Source: Antedon mediterranea
Taxonomy: Eukaryota > Animalia > Echinodermata
Reading direction: 5' to 3'
NCBI RefSeq assembly: GCF_964355755.1
Contig: NC_092676.1
Coordinates: 20,912,871 to 20,976,870 of the forward strand
DNA: 64,000 nt
Part shown: piece by piece, positions 14,826 through 27,646 of the stretch
How the letters are laid out: each line of letters starts with the position of its first letter
Position numbering within the stretch: the first letter of the stretch is position 1
Notes under the pieces: model-generated
The model's database searches: none
Told to the model about the DNA's origin: nothing
What the model saw: the letters and a program-made list of their open reading frames with translations, nothing else
Program-made: the position numbers and the translations under genes

Positions 14826-15144
14826 GAGTGAGTGGCCGAGCGGTTAAGACAGTGGAACCGTAATTACGTAGCCATAACATCGGCAGGGGTTCGAGGCTCA
14901 CTCACTCCATGGTTCTGGTGGTAGAACGAGTCTTCTCGGATAAGGACTATAAACCGTAGGTCCAGTGTACACATCTAGCTCGTGTGCACTTTAAAGAACC
15001 TAGTACATCTTTCGAGACGAGTAGGGGGTTACCCCGGTGTATTAGTACATCACAGCCACTGATCACCAACTGGGCCCTCTGGGAGACCAGTCTTTGACTG
15101 AAGAGGTTACTCAGTATAAATATAAATTTCATTCATTCATTCAT
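14826..15144 (+). mobile_element. tRNA-derived SINE with Deu (Nin) central domain (DeuSINE)
   Basis: A-box TGGCCGAGCGG (14833) and B-box GGTTCGAGGC (14888); core CTCGGATAAGGACTATAAACCGTAGGTCC...TTAAAGAACC...GAGTAGGGGGTTACCCCGGTGT resembles the Deu-domain consensus; (TTCA)n tail. Confidence 0.8.
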
Positions 15145-18100
15145 AGAGACTATTTGTATTTTGTACTACCGTATACAAATTTTAAACCATTTACTGCAAA
15201 TGTGTATTGTATATAACTCAAGATGCTAATCTACAGTATATACTGATTCTTTATACTTTCCAATGTGATAAGCTGCCATCTTCTATAGTTCCTCGTTCAG
15301 GGAGCCACTCCTTATATGGTATATAATCGACTGTCCCGTCAGTCGGGACTTTTACATGGCTATTTTGGTTTTGGTCTTGGCTATTTTCTGAGTTTGGCCT
15401 AAGAGAAGTCTCACCTATCCTTTATCCTACATCTCAACAAAAACACTACCAGTGCTTAATTTTGTGTCACATTATGTTGTGTGATATAAGGTGACCCACT
15501 ACAGTATTTCTTAATTAAAAGCCCTCCCACTTTATAATTAGGGTTAAAATGCCTGTATTTAATACTTAAAAAATCAACTATTTACCACTCAATAAGATTA
15601 AACAATTATACAGTAAATCCTCTTAAATTATTTTTCAATAAAAATCATAGATCACTGCGACAAGATGCCTTTTGTTACTCTGCATCCCTGATTACAATTT
15701 GTCATTTGAACTCGTAAGTTGTGGACTAGTTAATCAAGCACATTGGTAATATCTAGGCCTAGGTCATAATAAATAATAAATAAGTATTTATGATATATTG
15801 CTTAATTTTTTTAATGATATTTTTAATATTTATGTAAATTTTGTGCTAAATTACATTACACCATTTAGTTTGTCATTTCAACACATTGTTATCCTCTTAT
15901 TACTTCATAAAATTTTATCATTATTTGGTTTAATTTATTTAATGTAAATTTGTACTAAATAACAATGCACAATTAATTTTAATTTCGAAACAGTAGGAAA
16001 TTTATCTTCTCTCATCGCGTATGTTTTGATTTTATTTGTCAACCTGTTGCAAGTACTTTGACCGAGTGTATTCCTTAAGTTTCTTAATATTTGCAACGCA
16101 ATAGTCCAATTGCGGTACTCCAATGAAAGGTATATTTCCATGACAATCAATTATATAAAGTACACTAACATTGATTACTTTCCAAGTGATTTGAAAAATT
16201 GTTTACTGATGTCGTACTTCCAGACAACAGTTAATAGTAAATAATTCAACTTTTTAATTTGTCTGATTTGTTTGGCTTCTACACTAATTCTACACTTATT
16301 TGTGCCTTCCATGGCTATCTCCTATGGAGTATGGTTGTCGCATTTATTTTTTTTAGAATATTACTATTATTATTTTGGTAAGGTAACCCAACTTAGTGAG
16401 GATACATAGCAACAACAGACCCATATAGCAAGGGTAGGCCCATCAACCATAGACAAATTAAGTTAAGTTTAAGTTACTGCTATATAATCTATAAGAGCAT
16501 TATTAATTTGATTTGTTACAGTTGAGAAATATATTGTTTTTTTTTTCTTCGTAGGTAAAATTTAAATATGAACCGAACCTATATATTTTACGTGATCTAC
16601 CGCCCAAGGTTTTCTGAATTAACAATGCATAATGGAAATACTAGGCTTATGCCGCTTTAGTACTATACATTTAACAAAGCCGGTTTCAGTGTAAATTGTG
16701 TATACTACTCAATTACAATAATGTGTATACAGTACTTGTGTATGGTATAATAGAACTGAATACTCAAATCATACTAATATAACATTGAGCAATCTGTTTC
16801 TTTCTGATATAATATGTAATAACTTGGATAAAAATCAAAAGTGAAATTAGGAATGATTTTATAATCAGTTATTTAGCAGACAGACACATTGTTGTGACTA
16901 CCCTAATTAATATTCAATTGAAATTACAACCATACCAATAGTTGCTGTTATTCTTTCATATTGATGATATACTAAGCGACTATTGCTATTGAGTCTAACA
17001 GTCATTCTTTGAATGGTCAGAAACATATGAGCATGCATAGAATGACTTTTTGACTTGGCAGCTTTGTGGTGCGTCATGAAAATAAAGGTGAATAAATTAG
17101 GAGTTTGCTTACCAATTTTTACCACAATTTTTTATGTGTCCGGATTGAATTTTATATTTCAATTTTTGTTAATACGTTACTAATTAATTTTAAATAAAAA
17201 AAAAATTAAAAAATAATATTAGCTGCAATCCAATTCATTTTGAAAACCCCTGACAAATTGTTTGTTATCCAATGTTAAATACAATACAGTAAAAAAGTTT
17301 AAATGAAATTATACAATGTATGTTTTTGTCTATTGTTTTAAAAATTCACATTAGCTGTTCAAATTCAAAATCTTAAACCTCAGTGTTTGGTTTTCTAAAC
17401 ATTGTAATATTCTTTCCACAGATTTTTTATATATAATTTTATTCAGCTTTATCTAGATTTTTAAAGCTATAAACATAACATTCTGAAATGGAATGAATTT
17501 ATGGATTAATTTTGATTGACATATGTTCCAATTAGTAGTGGTCTTGACATAATTTTTTGCCTTGCAACACACTTTTGAATTGTTTCTTTTCTAGTAAAAG
17601 ATCTAGGAAACAAGGTTATGTGGATTTATGTATGACCTTCATCCACACCTCAGATAGAATACACAAGCAATAAAAACTTGCAAAGTCACTTTTCTTTTTT
17701 CTCAGGTGTACACTAATCCATGTACAATAACAAATAGTGTTTAGCAGCATATTAGCCCCTCTTCAGTTACTACTAGATTTCAGTGATGGTTGTTTTGTAA
17801 ATGTTTGCCTTTAAATCTGACCATTAACACTATTTTGTAGAACTGTTGTATACCAAGGCTTATGTTTCTATTGGATCTATTGTATTGGACTGTTAAAGTC
17901 ACTTAACAGCTTAGTTTAGACTCATGCTAACATTTATTAGACTTTTGTATCATTTGAATATTTGGAACAAAATTAAATGAGTAAAAGTATTAAAATAGTT
18001 ATCGTTATATTATGAACTGTAGGCCTTATGCTAAAAAATAAATATAAAAACATTTTAAAGAAAGCAAAATTTAAATTCCTTTAGTTCAAAAAGTATTAAA

Positions 18101-19847
18101 ATAGTTCTTGTTATATTATTAACTGTACTAACATTTAAAGGATACAAAATTCTTGGGAAAATATAATTTCTGTTTTTATTGAACTTAAAATCACATGTAT
18201 TCAATGGTTTTTTGGTTAGTTTGAATCATGTGTACCCAGTGATGATCATGTTGCTTTTTATTTTGAAAATGAAACAGTGTACAATACCTAGACAGGATTT
18301 TTATCGTGTGATACCCCTGTCTAAGTTATGGTTTCATTTTCTTAAGTACAGTGCGTTCAAAAGAAATATATATTATAATAGTATTTTGTATTTCCTAGTA
18401 TCGTACCAAAGTTTCATGCCAGATTTACAATTGGTATATTATGGTTAGACATAATGAACATAGCTTTTTTGTAAGCTTTTAAGAATTGGTAGAAAATACT
18501 GTTTGTGTCTGTTTGTATAACCGCATTATAGAAAAATTGTTCAAAACATTTTGTGGTAATCGCGTAATACAGAACATATAATCTGTTTTATTATTATAAT
18601 TGTAACCAGGGCGTATTTGTGTTTTTAGTGCATTCTATGTTTCACCTTTTGTTGTTGCACATTTTGGATACATGACGCTTGATATGCGTGTCAATTCCAA
18701 TACATACAGTAGTTTCATTGGGGCTACAAAGGAATCAGCGCACCAAGCAAACTAGCAGTAAAGTCTTATTTTTTTAAATGGAAAACCACTGTTTTTCGCA
18801 ATATTATGTTGCAGGTGTGATTGCTGTATATTGGTATTGATTTTACTGGATAGTTGTTGGCCTATTTCATTTCACTGCTGAATGTAGGTCTCTCCATCAA
18901 TCTTATATTGTGTGAAGTCTCTTCTGAGCCCATTGGATGATAAAACACAATTTAACAGTAAGCAGTCATACAACCATGTCACACATTTTCACTTCATATT
19001 AAAAATCACAAAAAAATCACAAGCAATATTACGTTTCTGTATATTTATTGTCTTCTTCTTCTTTGGCACTATTCTGCTATATATTTCTACATTTGCATGA
19101 AATGGAACTTTAAGCCTACCCTTTATATTAGCAATAAAATGTTCATTGAACATACACATTACAACTTAGTTGTAAATCTGCGAAACACATGTTTCATTTT
19201 TTTCAATACCTTAAAGTACTTAATCTTAATTCTCTTAAACTTACTTAAAATATCTGAGAATTTTACTTGCATAAAGAATCCTAAAAAGTCTTTTTGTACA
19301 TTTTTCTTAAAATTCTTTAAAAAAGTTTATAAATAGTAATTACTGTAATTTATCAGTAAACAATATAACAAATTCATGTTATTAAATGCGGTTTAAAGTT
19401 GCTTTTTATATCCTTAAACGCGTAACAAATCAGCCCTCTGGCTGTACTCTTAATGATCTTACATAACTTGTAAGATTTAGCATTTTTAACAAAGCATAAA
19501 TATAGCAAAGCAACGTATACAACTAACAAATGTGTTCCTAAGCGTTAATAGGCCATTTTCTTAGGTCTGCTACGACCATGTCCAAAATTTGAATACATAT
19601 ATATGAATTTATAACCAAAAAAAAAATATTGAACATAAAATATATAACTTTAATTTCTTATTTACATTATTAATCTCAACACATACTGTGTGAGATTATT
19701 TCAAAATAATTTACAAGTATATACAAATATAATTTGATTATTGATATCAAAAATTTACATAAATCATCGAGTGATCAAAATTTGATCATGTGAAAAATAT
19801 AATCTGTGAGTCTTATATTACAAGTCCATAATCAATTTTGTATTTTT

Positions 19848-20026
19848 TTAGCATGGCTGAACAAACTGGTAGACAAGTCGTTGCGATACTTCAGTTTTTT
19901 TCATGATTGATTTCTTGTAGTATTGTCGAATTGATCGGCTAAGTTTGTCGTAGTTCATTGCTGGTCTGTTTTTACGCATTCCCCAGAGACGAGCGACCTC
20001 AACTGAATCTTCAATTTTGAAAATTC
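19848..20026 (-). CDS. SPDEF: SPDEF-like last coding exon, ETS domain C-terminal part ([38 protein letters not shown]...[11 protein letters not shown])
   Basis: [21 protein letters not shown] is the PDEF-subfamily recognition helix; AG acceptor at 20027-20028; TAA stop. Confidence 0.95.
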
Positions 20027-20276
20027 CTGAATAAAATATAAGAAAAGCAAGCATTTAGTATATATATTCTCAATTTTTCCGTATAAGTGGTTAGTGATAG
20101 GTATTTCTGTAGACATGAATGGATTTGGTCTCAAGGTAAATTTGAAATTGAATTTTAATAGGAGAAGTATCTGAGATACTTATAATTTTATCATTAAATT
20201 ATTACAAGGAGATCTAAGTTCTGCTAGGACTGTATTGTATATGAATTTAAAAAATGTTATATCAAAAACAAATTAC

Positions 20277-20432
20277 CTTCAGCTCTGTTTAGCCATCTGA
20301 TGCAATAACTGTACGAATCTGGTTGAAGCAAGAGTTCCTTGAGAAACTGCCATAGGTGAATTCCTCCTTTGTGGTTTGGAGTCATGGAAGTGTTTGGACC
20401 AGAAGCAGTTGGTGATGGAAGAGATATTTCAT
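20277..20432 (-). CDS. SPDEF: SPDEF-like exon, ETS domain N-terminal part (GIHLWQFLKELLLQPDSYSYCIRWLNRAEG)
   Basis: IHLWQFLKELL motif; 156-nt phase 1-1 exon with AG/GT boundaries. Confidence 0.95.
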
Positions 20433-20658
20433 CTGTAAGAAGTAACATAATATATTAAGCAACGATGAATTATTATTCCAAAATCTAATCTAAATGATGC
20501 ATCTTTTTAAATCATAAAACTGATCGGATTTGTTTTTCTAAGAGATACTGCCGGTTCCATTTTTTAGAGATAGGTAGTAATATATTTATTGAAAAAGTTC
20601 GAATTTACTAATTTACATGGTACCAAAACTTGGAAACTTAAAAAAAAATGAAACTTAC

Positions 20659-20793
20659 CATCACTGTTTGATCCGATACTTGTGTTGTCACTTGGGTGTG
20701 GAAACATATGGTCCATATATGTGTCTTCTTGTTTGATTTCTGGCTGAATAAATTGCATTTGTTGCATTTGTGGACTTGGATACATTTTGGCAG
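20659..20793 (-). CDS. SPDEF: SPDEF-like linker exon (AKMYPSPQMQQMQFIQPEIKQED...SNSD)
   Basis: 135-nt phase 1-1 exon, TTTCTAG acceptor and GTAAGT donor; contains an IKQE SUMO consensus. Confidence 0.85.
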
Positions 20794-20928
20794 CTAGAAA
20801 TGGAATAAAGTACAGTGTAATTAATATTTGTAAGTTAATAATATAATTTAAAATTCGTCGTGATTTTAAATTCTTAAAATTGATCTCTATTGTTTTGGCA
20901 TCTGAAAAGTTTAAGAGGAGATATTTAC

Positions 20929-21126
20929 CTGTTTTCCAAATGTCGAGATGAGCAAACAGAATATCACCACATCTTGGGTCAATTTGTCGGAAGTTTAAGT
21001 CTGTTAACATACACAGTTGGAACCCATTCATTGCAAAGCACTCCATGCTCGTTGGCTGCATACCATAATGATGGAATGTCCATAGGATCCACTTCTCAAC
21101 TTGTTCATGTGTCCAGAACTGTGGAT
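20929..21126 (-). CDS. SPDEF: SPDEF-like PNT/SAM domain exon (DPQFWTHEQVEKWILWT...MNGFQLCML...CGDILFAHLDIWKT)
   Basis: Pointed-domain motifs DPxxW, WxxW, MNGxxLC, GDILxxHL; 198-nt phase 1-1 exon. Confidence 0.93.
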
Positions 21127-21259
21127 CTATACAAGGAAAAACAATTTTATGAATATTTAATTATTGTTGTATTATTCTGTAGTGAATTAAATATTTAGTC
21201 CCATTAAAAACAAACTTGTTTTAGTCGTGAAATTTGGAGAATTAAAAATCAAAACTTAC

Positions 21260-21533
21260 CTTGTGGAATATTAAGATACTGACAGGCGACTGTGATATCT
21301 TTCATAACTTCTTTCACAATAAGTTGCTGCACTTGATCCATACTTTCGTTTTCGTACGAGTTTGGGCTATCAAACATCGACTGTTCAACACTAACTGGTG
21401 ATTCTGACGATCTATCTAATTCTTGTTGTTGTGGAGTACCATAAGCAAACGGATTCTGAGCAAACATATGCGGCGAGTCCACGAATCCTTGGCTACGGTT
21501 GTAGTTGTTACTGATGTCTAAAAACGACTTATC
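21260..21533 (-). CDS. SPDEF: SPDEF-like exon, N-terminal region and start of PNT (DKSFLDIS...EVMKDITVACQYLNIPQ)
   Basis: 274-nt open exon, phase 0-1; KDIxxACxxLNI matches the PDEF PNT start. Confidence 0.88.
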
Positions 21534-22011
21534 CTGAGTAGAAAAAAAGATTTCAATCGTGAAAACACAGATATTTTTTTGTGAATAAATCTAAGTACGT
21601 TCTTTGTTCTGTAATCGCTGCTTAAAAATGGAAGCTACAAGAGAGGAAACGCTGTATACAGGAAGTAAGCTATACGTGTACAAGGTTACTGTTCTTAAGC
21701 ACTTCCTCATACGACTAATGGATACAGCTCACTAACCATGTTTTCAATGCGAAGATTTATGGAAAATCAACACAAGAGTACCACTCGTTATCAAAATATA
21801 AACTAAAACATATTTCAAATTGCATTTATTAACAACCGAACTACAAATTATTGCGCGAAAATCGCGCTAACTGTAAAGTTAATCATCACCATAATCCAGC
21901 CTTATCATTATCACGCTAAATATTTTTCTTTATAATGATAGATTTAACAAGAAAGTTAAGTAATGGTCTTTAATCGTATGTTGAAAATTAATAATATATC
22001 GTGACCTCACA

Positions 22012-22095
22012 TATAAGCAGTGAGTCATCAGTCGTGCCTGTGATTGGTCAGATGTGTTCAGGTATTGACAGAAAGGGGAAGTCCCGGTTTCTCCC
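22012..22095. promoter_or_regulatory. Intronic motif cluster: AP-1 TGAGTCA (22021), CCAAT (minus strand, ATTGG 22042), E-box CAGATG (22049), NF-kB GGGGAAGTCCC (22075-22085)
   Basis: Several exact consensus matches within about 70 bp of a GC-richer patch. Confidence 0.4.
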
Positions 22096-22321
22096 TGAGC
22101 TACTCGAATACATGCCGTGTTGTTATTCTCAACGATAAGTACCATCAACGAATAGTGGTACCATATTTATGTTCAAGTGTTTACACTCTGTACTTTTAAT
22201 TAAGATGATATGTAGTCTGAGTGAGTTGGACAAAACTCAATATAAATTATCAAATTAATTTTGTAAACATGAGTGTTTTAGATGTTTGAACTCTAATTAA
22301 AAGAATGTTTAAGAGTCTTAC

Positions 22322-22372
22322 CTGTTCTTGTTGAAAGCTTGAAATTGGGTTTAATAGGCAAACTTCTCCCAT
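22322..22372 (-). CDS. SPDEF: SPDEF-like putative first coding exon (MGEVCLLNPISSFQQEQ); exon acceptor at 22398
   Basis: ATG at 22372 is in frame with a CAG|GTAAG donor; the frame stays open upstream, so the true start may lie further 5'. Confidence 0.65.
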
Positions 22373-22636
22373 CTTTTCTTGGTTTGGTTTGTTGAAAACT
22401 GAAAAAAAAAAACCAATTGTTAAACAATACGTAAATAAAGTAATGAAATGAAGTATAGTTAAAATGAATATTTCATTAAATAAAATAAGTAGTCAATTAT
22501 TTTTATAAGATTATAAAAATAATTGATCTGATTCTCCAGGACCCACAACGTGGGTTTCGTTGATGACCCCTCGATGGGTTATATTTCCCTGGTACGTCGT
22601 CAGTGAATACTAAACATCAGTTTCAAAATAGCTTAC

Positions 22637-22678
22637 TTTGTGATTGTTGTTGAGATTCCAGCGTTGGCGTAAAGAAGC
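22637..22678 (-). CDS. Putative 42-nt upstream micro-exon of the ETS gene (coding or 5' UTR)
   Basis: Acceptor TTTTATATTTACTAG and donor GTAAGC; open in the phase 1-1 frame that joins exon 22398-22322. Confidence 0.45.
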
Positions 22679-22792
22679 CTAGTAAATATAAAATAAATGT
22701 TAAGTTCAGTAAGTCCTAGTCTGTTGTTAACCCGCTACAAGTTTTGGTTGTGAATGGTATAATTAAAAGATGCATTCCACTTTATGACTTAC

Positions 22793-22882
22793 AGCGAGCT
22801 GACGTCATTGACCCGCCTTCTTCATTTCAATTCGATCTCGCGATGTGACGTCAATCGAGAGATTCAGTCAGTGACTGTTTTT
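22793..22882. promoter_or_regulatory. CpG-rich promoter-like / 5' exon region with two CRE palindromes (22800, 22846) and TCTCGCGA (22836)
   Basis: Two exact TGACGTCA, a partial BANP/Kaiso-type motif, and a strong minus-strand GTAAGT donor at 22792. Confidence 0.45.
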
Positions 22883-24249
22883 CTGAATTCATGAATTATT
22901 CATTAAATTTGGAACACAGTGGCACAAGTTTACCAAGCTAAGATTCATTACTGTTTGTTTATAGTTTTCGTGGTCTGCTTACGTTCGAAATAAACATTAA
23001 TTGTAGGAATCAATTTGAATGTTAGTATGAAGCTGACTATAGTTACTTAGCCTATATTGATTTTAATTCAGTTTAAAAAGTGCAAAATAACGTCACAGCA
23101 CAAGAAAATGTACCGGGCACACACAGTCCAATCAGCCAATGAAAACATACATTACGTCATATCTACTTTTAGGCATGATGAAAACGTGTTCAACCAATTG
23201 TCGAATGGTGAATCTTCTGGTGTTTCCATAGGAATTGCCGCGGTCAACGACTCGAGCGAAGACTGTAAAACAGTATTCTGGCATTTCGCCATGTTATTAT
23301 TTTGATATAGCCTAAACCTATAGCGCCTTGCTTTCACCAAATTAACAAGTGTAAGACTAAACATTAATATTATGTTCAGTGAACTACCATGAGTGAACGA
23401 GCAGCGTTTGACCCTGGCTTAAATGATTCATGACTTTTACTTTTCAAAAAGGCAACAAAACCATGCACATAAAACTCTTATTACTCAAACAGTGATACTT
23501 TTTCATAATTTAAATTTTAGTTTAAAAAATTTAACTTGAATTTAATGTTTTTCAATGTTTGTAATTTTAAAATGAAGATTCTAAATTGAATTCTGCTAAA
23601 ATTATGCGTAAATTGAAGAAAACTAGTATTAGCAGGTTGTGTATAAATCCCACCACTTGATGACATTTTAAAATTTTGCATGGAACAATTTTAGACCAAT
23701 TTCCTTCCCTTTCGGAAAGGAACCATAGCTTCGTCGGATGCTGTAATATAAAACCTACTGATATTGACCAAGGCTGAATATGGACTTGAAAGATTTAATA
23801 TTTTTCTGCCAATTCCGCTATTAAATTTTACTGCTACAAAACCTACCGAAATTGTTGACATCAAAGCAACACCGACCTATTGGATATTGTACATGCTTTA
23901 GCATGTGGCCATATTCTAATAATATTAATATTGATACGAGATGTCAGATCATCCATGACAGGAACATTTAGACGGATCATCGATGGCGCATCAACGACGG
24001 GTTATTAATTCCAATACTAATTGTACCACAGATAAGACAATTAGTTATTGTCTAACTACAAGAAAATGTTTGTGGTAAAAAGTACGGTACGATGAAGAAT
24101 TTCAAACCAGAAATGATTTTCTCACGAGAATAACACACATGTTTCAGAGAATAGAGTTTGCAGTCTTAATAATAAAGTGTTTAGATAGTTATTGAAATCA
24201 TATCTGCATCATATTTGCATATTATTATTACTGTGAATAAAACTGTTAC

Positions 24250-24650
24250 AAAACTCCCGAAGAATAAGAAAAGCACTTCGGCCCCACAGTAAAAACTCGC
24301 GGAGGTGAAGAAAACCAGTTGGGCCCTACAATTAAAAACTCGCGAAGATGAAGAAAACCAACTAGGCCCTACAAATAAAAAACCGTGAAGATAAAGAAAA
24401 GCAATTGGGCCCTACGATCAAAAACTAGCGAAGATGAAGAAGAAAACCAGTTAAGCACTACAATTAAAAACTCGTAAAGATGAAGAAAACCAACTAGGCC
24501 ATACAAATAAAAACTCGTGAAGATAAAGAAAAGCAGTTAGCCTAAACCCCGCAGTAGGCCCTAATTAAAAACTCGCAAAGATGATGAAAATGAGTTAGGC
24601 CCTACTTTCAAAACTCCCAATATGAAGAAAACTAGTTTGACCCTACAATA
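24250..24650. repeat. Minisatellite, about 40-bp unit AAAACTCGCGAAGATGAAGAAAACCAGTTAGGCCCTACAATTA, about 9 copies
   Basis: Directly visible tandem array. Confidence 0.9.
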
Positions 24651-27646
24651 CAATCATTTGATTTTGTTGGTAATGTATTTCCAATCTAAGTTGGTAAACC
24701 GAAATTGTAATATTGTACATTGATATAATTACAAATTAATGATTCGCTCTTAATTATAATACTGTTGAAATGAGATTTAATTTGTTACCGTACTATATGG
24801 TATTGCTGTATTCTCATCAGGGTTTAACTTTTCTATACGGAAGAAAGGTGTTAGATATTTGCTGGGTTTCACCCAATAACCTTCCTTTGATTTGTGTTTG
24901 AATGTCATTTTCTATAGTCTTATATGTCCCTATAACGTAAATTTTCTAAACATTTAGGCCTACTTTAAGCGGACACGTACACATTTTCCGGATTAAAATT
25001 GAAAAGATTCTTATCTGGACAACGTTTTTTTTGTCGAGTTTGGTCGTTCTGAATCACATGTTTGAAATAGTTAATTGTAGTATTAAAGTAAGTGTACTTC
25101 CTATTTTAAAATGGAACTTCCATGTTACATAATACATTATGGTTGTCAAAATAAGATTTGTTTATTTTGCCCATAATTGCCGCCCATAAACCGTGTGATA
25201 ACTCACGAGCAAACAGTATTTTGATCATATTAGCTATGGACCCTGCCAGATTAGGGAATTTCCCTTTTTCTGTAATCAAACGTGTCAAGTGACATTTGTA
25301 TGCCAGTGATTACACATTGGGGTTATCTTTATTGTTGATACCACCAATTATGACGTCATTCATAAATCACACTGGAGGTGAATGCACGGCGTTATAAGTG
25401 CCCCTTGGACCATGATAAACATTGTACACAACATTTACTGTACTATATTATAATTTTGATTTTCACCTTGTGTTGAATAAAACTAATTAAACTGAGTGTA
25501 TATTGATAAATACGATTAATTGGGGAGTATCTATATTATTTAATAGCTACTTAACCAAATTAATGTCACTCAAAAGAATGTAATAATTATGCACAGTTTA
25601 TAGTATTTAGACGACTTATTGTGGTTCAAATATTGACTTTATGGTCTGATTGTCGGTTACTGCATATAATACTGCACAGTGATTTTTTTATGTTTAAAAG
25701 AAACATTAAATACACCGTTTTTTGAACAATTATGATGGCGATCGCACCCCGTTAAAGATGAAGAAATAGAAAGAGTCAGAAGGGTTAATAATCCTCGAAT
25801 AGGCTAATAAGCGATTACTGATTCTAGGACTGTGTAAAGCAGCTTTGTTATTATAGCATTGAGGATTTTTCCTCAGTGGACTTGTTGAGTGTACGTTGTA
25901 CATGCAGTACTGTATAGCAATTATATAAATAAATAAAAAAATAAATATTGTACCATTTGATAATTTGACACATTCGTGTATTATAATTATTTTCTCGAGT
26001 GGTTAAATGGCGAGTATGCCTACACATCCCCCATGATATTAAACGACGCGATGTTGAATCATAATATGGACAAGTTTACGCAATATACCGTAAGCCTACA
26101 TGTAAATGACTTTGTAGTTGAGTGTAATAAACTCACGGTTATCGACCTTTGTGTACATATATACTTCAAATTATATTATCAATCTTACTACTATTTGGTT
26201 TGTTTTCATCTGATATCTTTCAACCGTTAATGATAGTGATGTTAGATTAAACTATTCCCTGTTGCTGTGCCAAATCAATATTAAATAATACATCGTAAAG
26301 CAAGTTGTTAATGGTATACGTGCCAGTCATTAATTGAGTGAAACATTGCAAATATTATTGGAAGAAGAGTATGACGTCACAATGACGTAAAGTCAACTAA
26401 CGATTTTACTATACGCGTTTATGAATTATACATATTGATAATCAGTGTCAATATCTTGTATTCACTTTCACAGAATTAGATAAATAAATATAGACAACAG
26501 GTTAGGTGGCTAGAGTCATGTTGTCGATTAGCACGTAGGTGTATCACTAGAGAAAAGAATAATAATTGACTTGGCAAAACGCTTAAAAACATCACTTGTT
26601 TTTGGCATTGATATCAGGTCTGTGCGATGATTTGGTTTTGCTTAAAATAATAGGCGTATTTAACTGGTCACTCGCGAACACCTCGCCGTGATCTACTCCA
26701 CTTACTCACACATTTTACATAAACAGCAATGCGTTTGAGGAGCTAAATCTGCCAAACAGCCCAGTCGACACGTATAGCAAACCAAAATACCTGCCCACAG
26801 TAGAACTTTTTCTTGGGACATCTTGTTTAGGGGATACCCCTTTCCGGCGCACCGACAACCCTCAGGCGACAACCATCAGACGACAACCCTCCGGCTCCGA
26901 CGACACACCCATATTAAAGAGATATTTTCCTGTGAAACGAACGATGGGAAATAGAAGACTGTGAAACTTTGGGTCCCTTGGTGTCCCTTAATAGCTCATG
27001 TCTTTCATAAATAGGCCTATAATAGTAGTAGTTAGATCGTGAAAAGTTAAATTATAAATAGGATAATGAATATGGAATTTCATGGAAAATACAAATCAAA
27101 ATACGTCACGGTACAGTTTTAATATTGACATTCTTGGTGTTCAATTAATTTTGACAAATGAATGTTTCTCTCCTCAGTGTTGTTTCCTCGAAAAGTCATT
27201 TGTATTATTACTTAGCTATAGGCAAAACGAATCAATAGTACGCTTATTTTAAACTTTACTAACAATATTTTATCTCAACGGATGAGAGGTGTTAAATAAC
27301 GCTGAATTTCACCTAAAATAACTTTTCCTTTTGTGATTAAATGTCTCTTTGTATGTTATATCGTCACATTTCTAAATATTCTGTTTGTAAGTGATCAGAT
27401 TTTCTAAAAATACACGGTGCGTTTTCAATGCAATGATTAAATAGGCCTAGGTCTACTATATATCAACAAACAAAAAATTGATTATCCGATGTAAAAAAAA
27501 ATGGTAAAAATAAGTACCAGCACATTACTAATTTAGACTAACTCTACCATTTTTACCGAACTAATTAACAATTTGAAATCCAACTATTAGGAGGCCTTTA
27601 GATTGTAGCCAGTTTTCTGTGTGGAGAACAAACTGACTAAATAACA

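Larger units (their letters stand above)
19848..22372 (-). other. SPDEF: Gene span of SAM pointed domain-containing ETS factor (SPDEF/PDEF/Ets4 orthologue): join(22372-22322, 21533-21260, 21126-20929, 20793-20659, 20432-20277, 20026-19848), 330 aa
   Basis: All five introns are GT-AG with matching phases (0,1,1,1,1); the product has a PNT domain plus a PDEF-class C-terminal ETS domain. Confidence 0.9.

Noticed and set aside
20794-20928. ORF 20564-21061 reads through this 135-nt intron
   Set aside because: AT-rich with canonical GT-AG ends; an open frame is plausible by chance, though intron retention cannot be excluded without RNA data.
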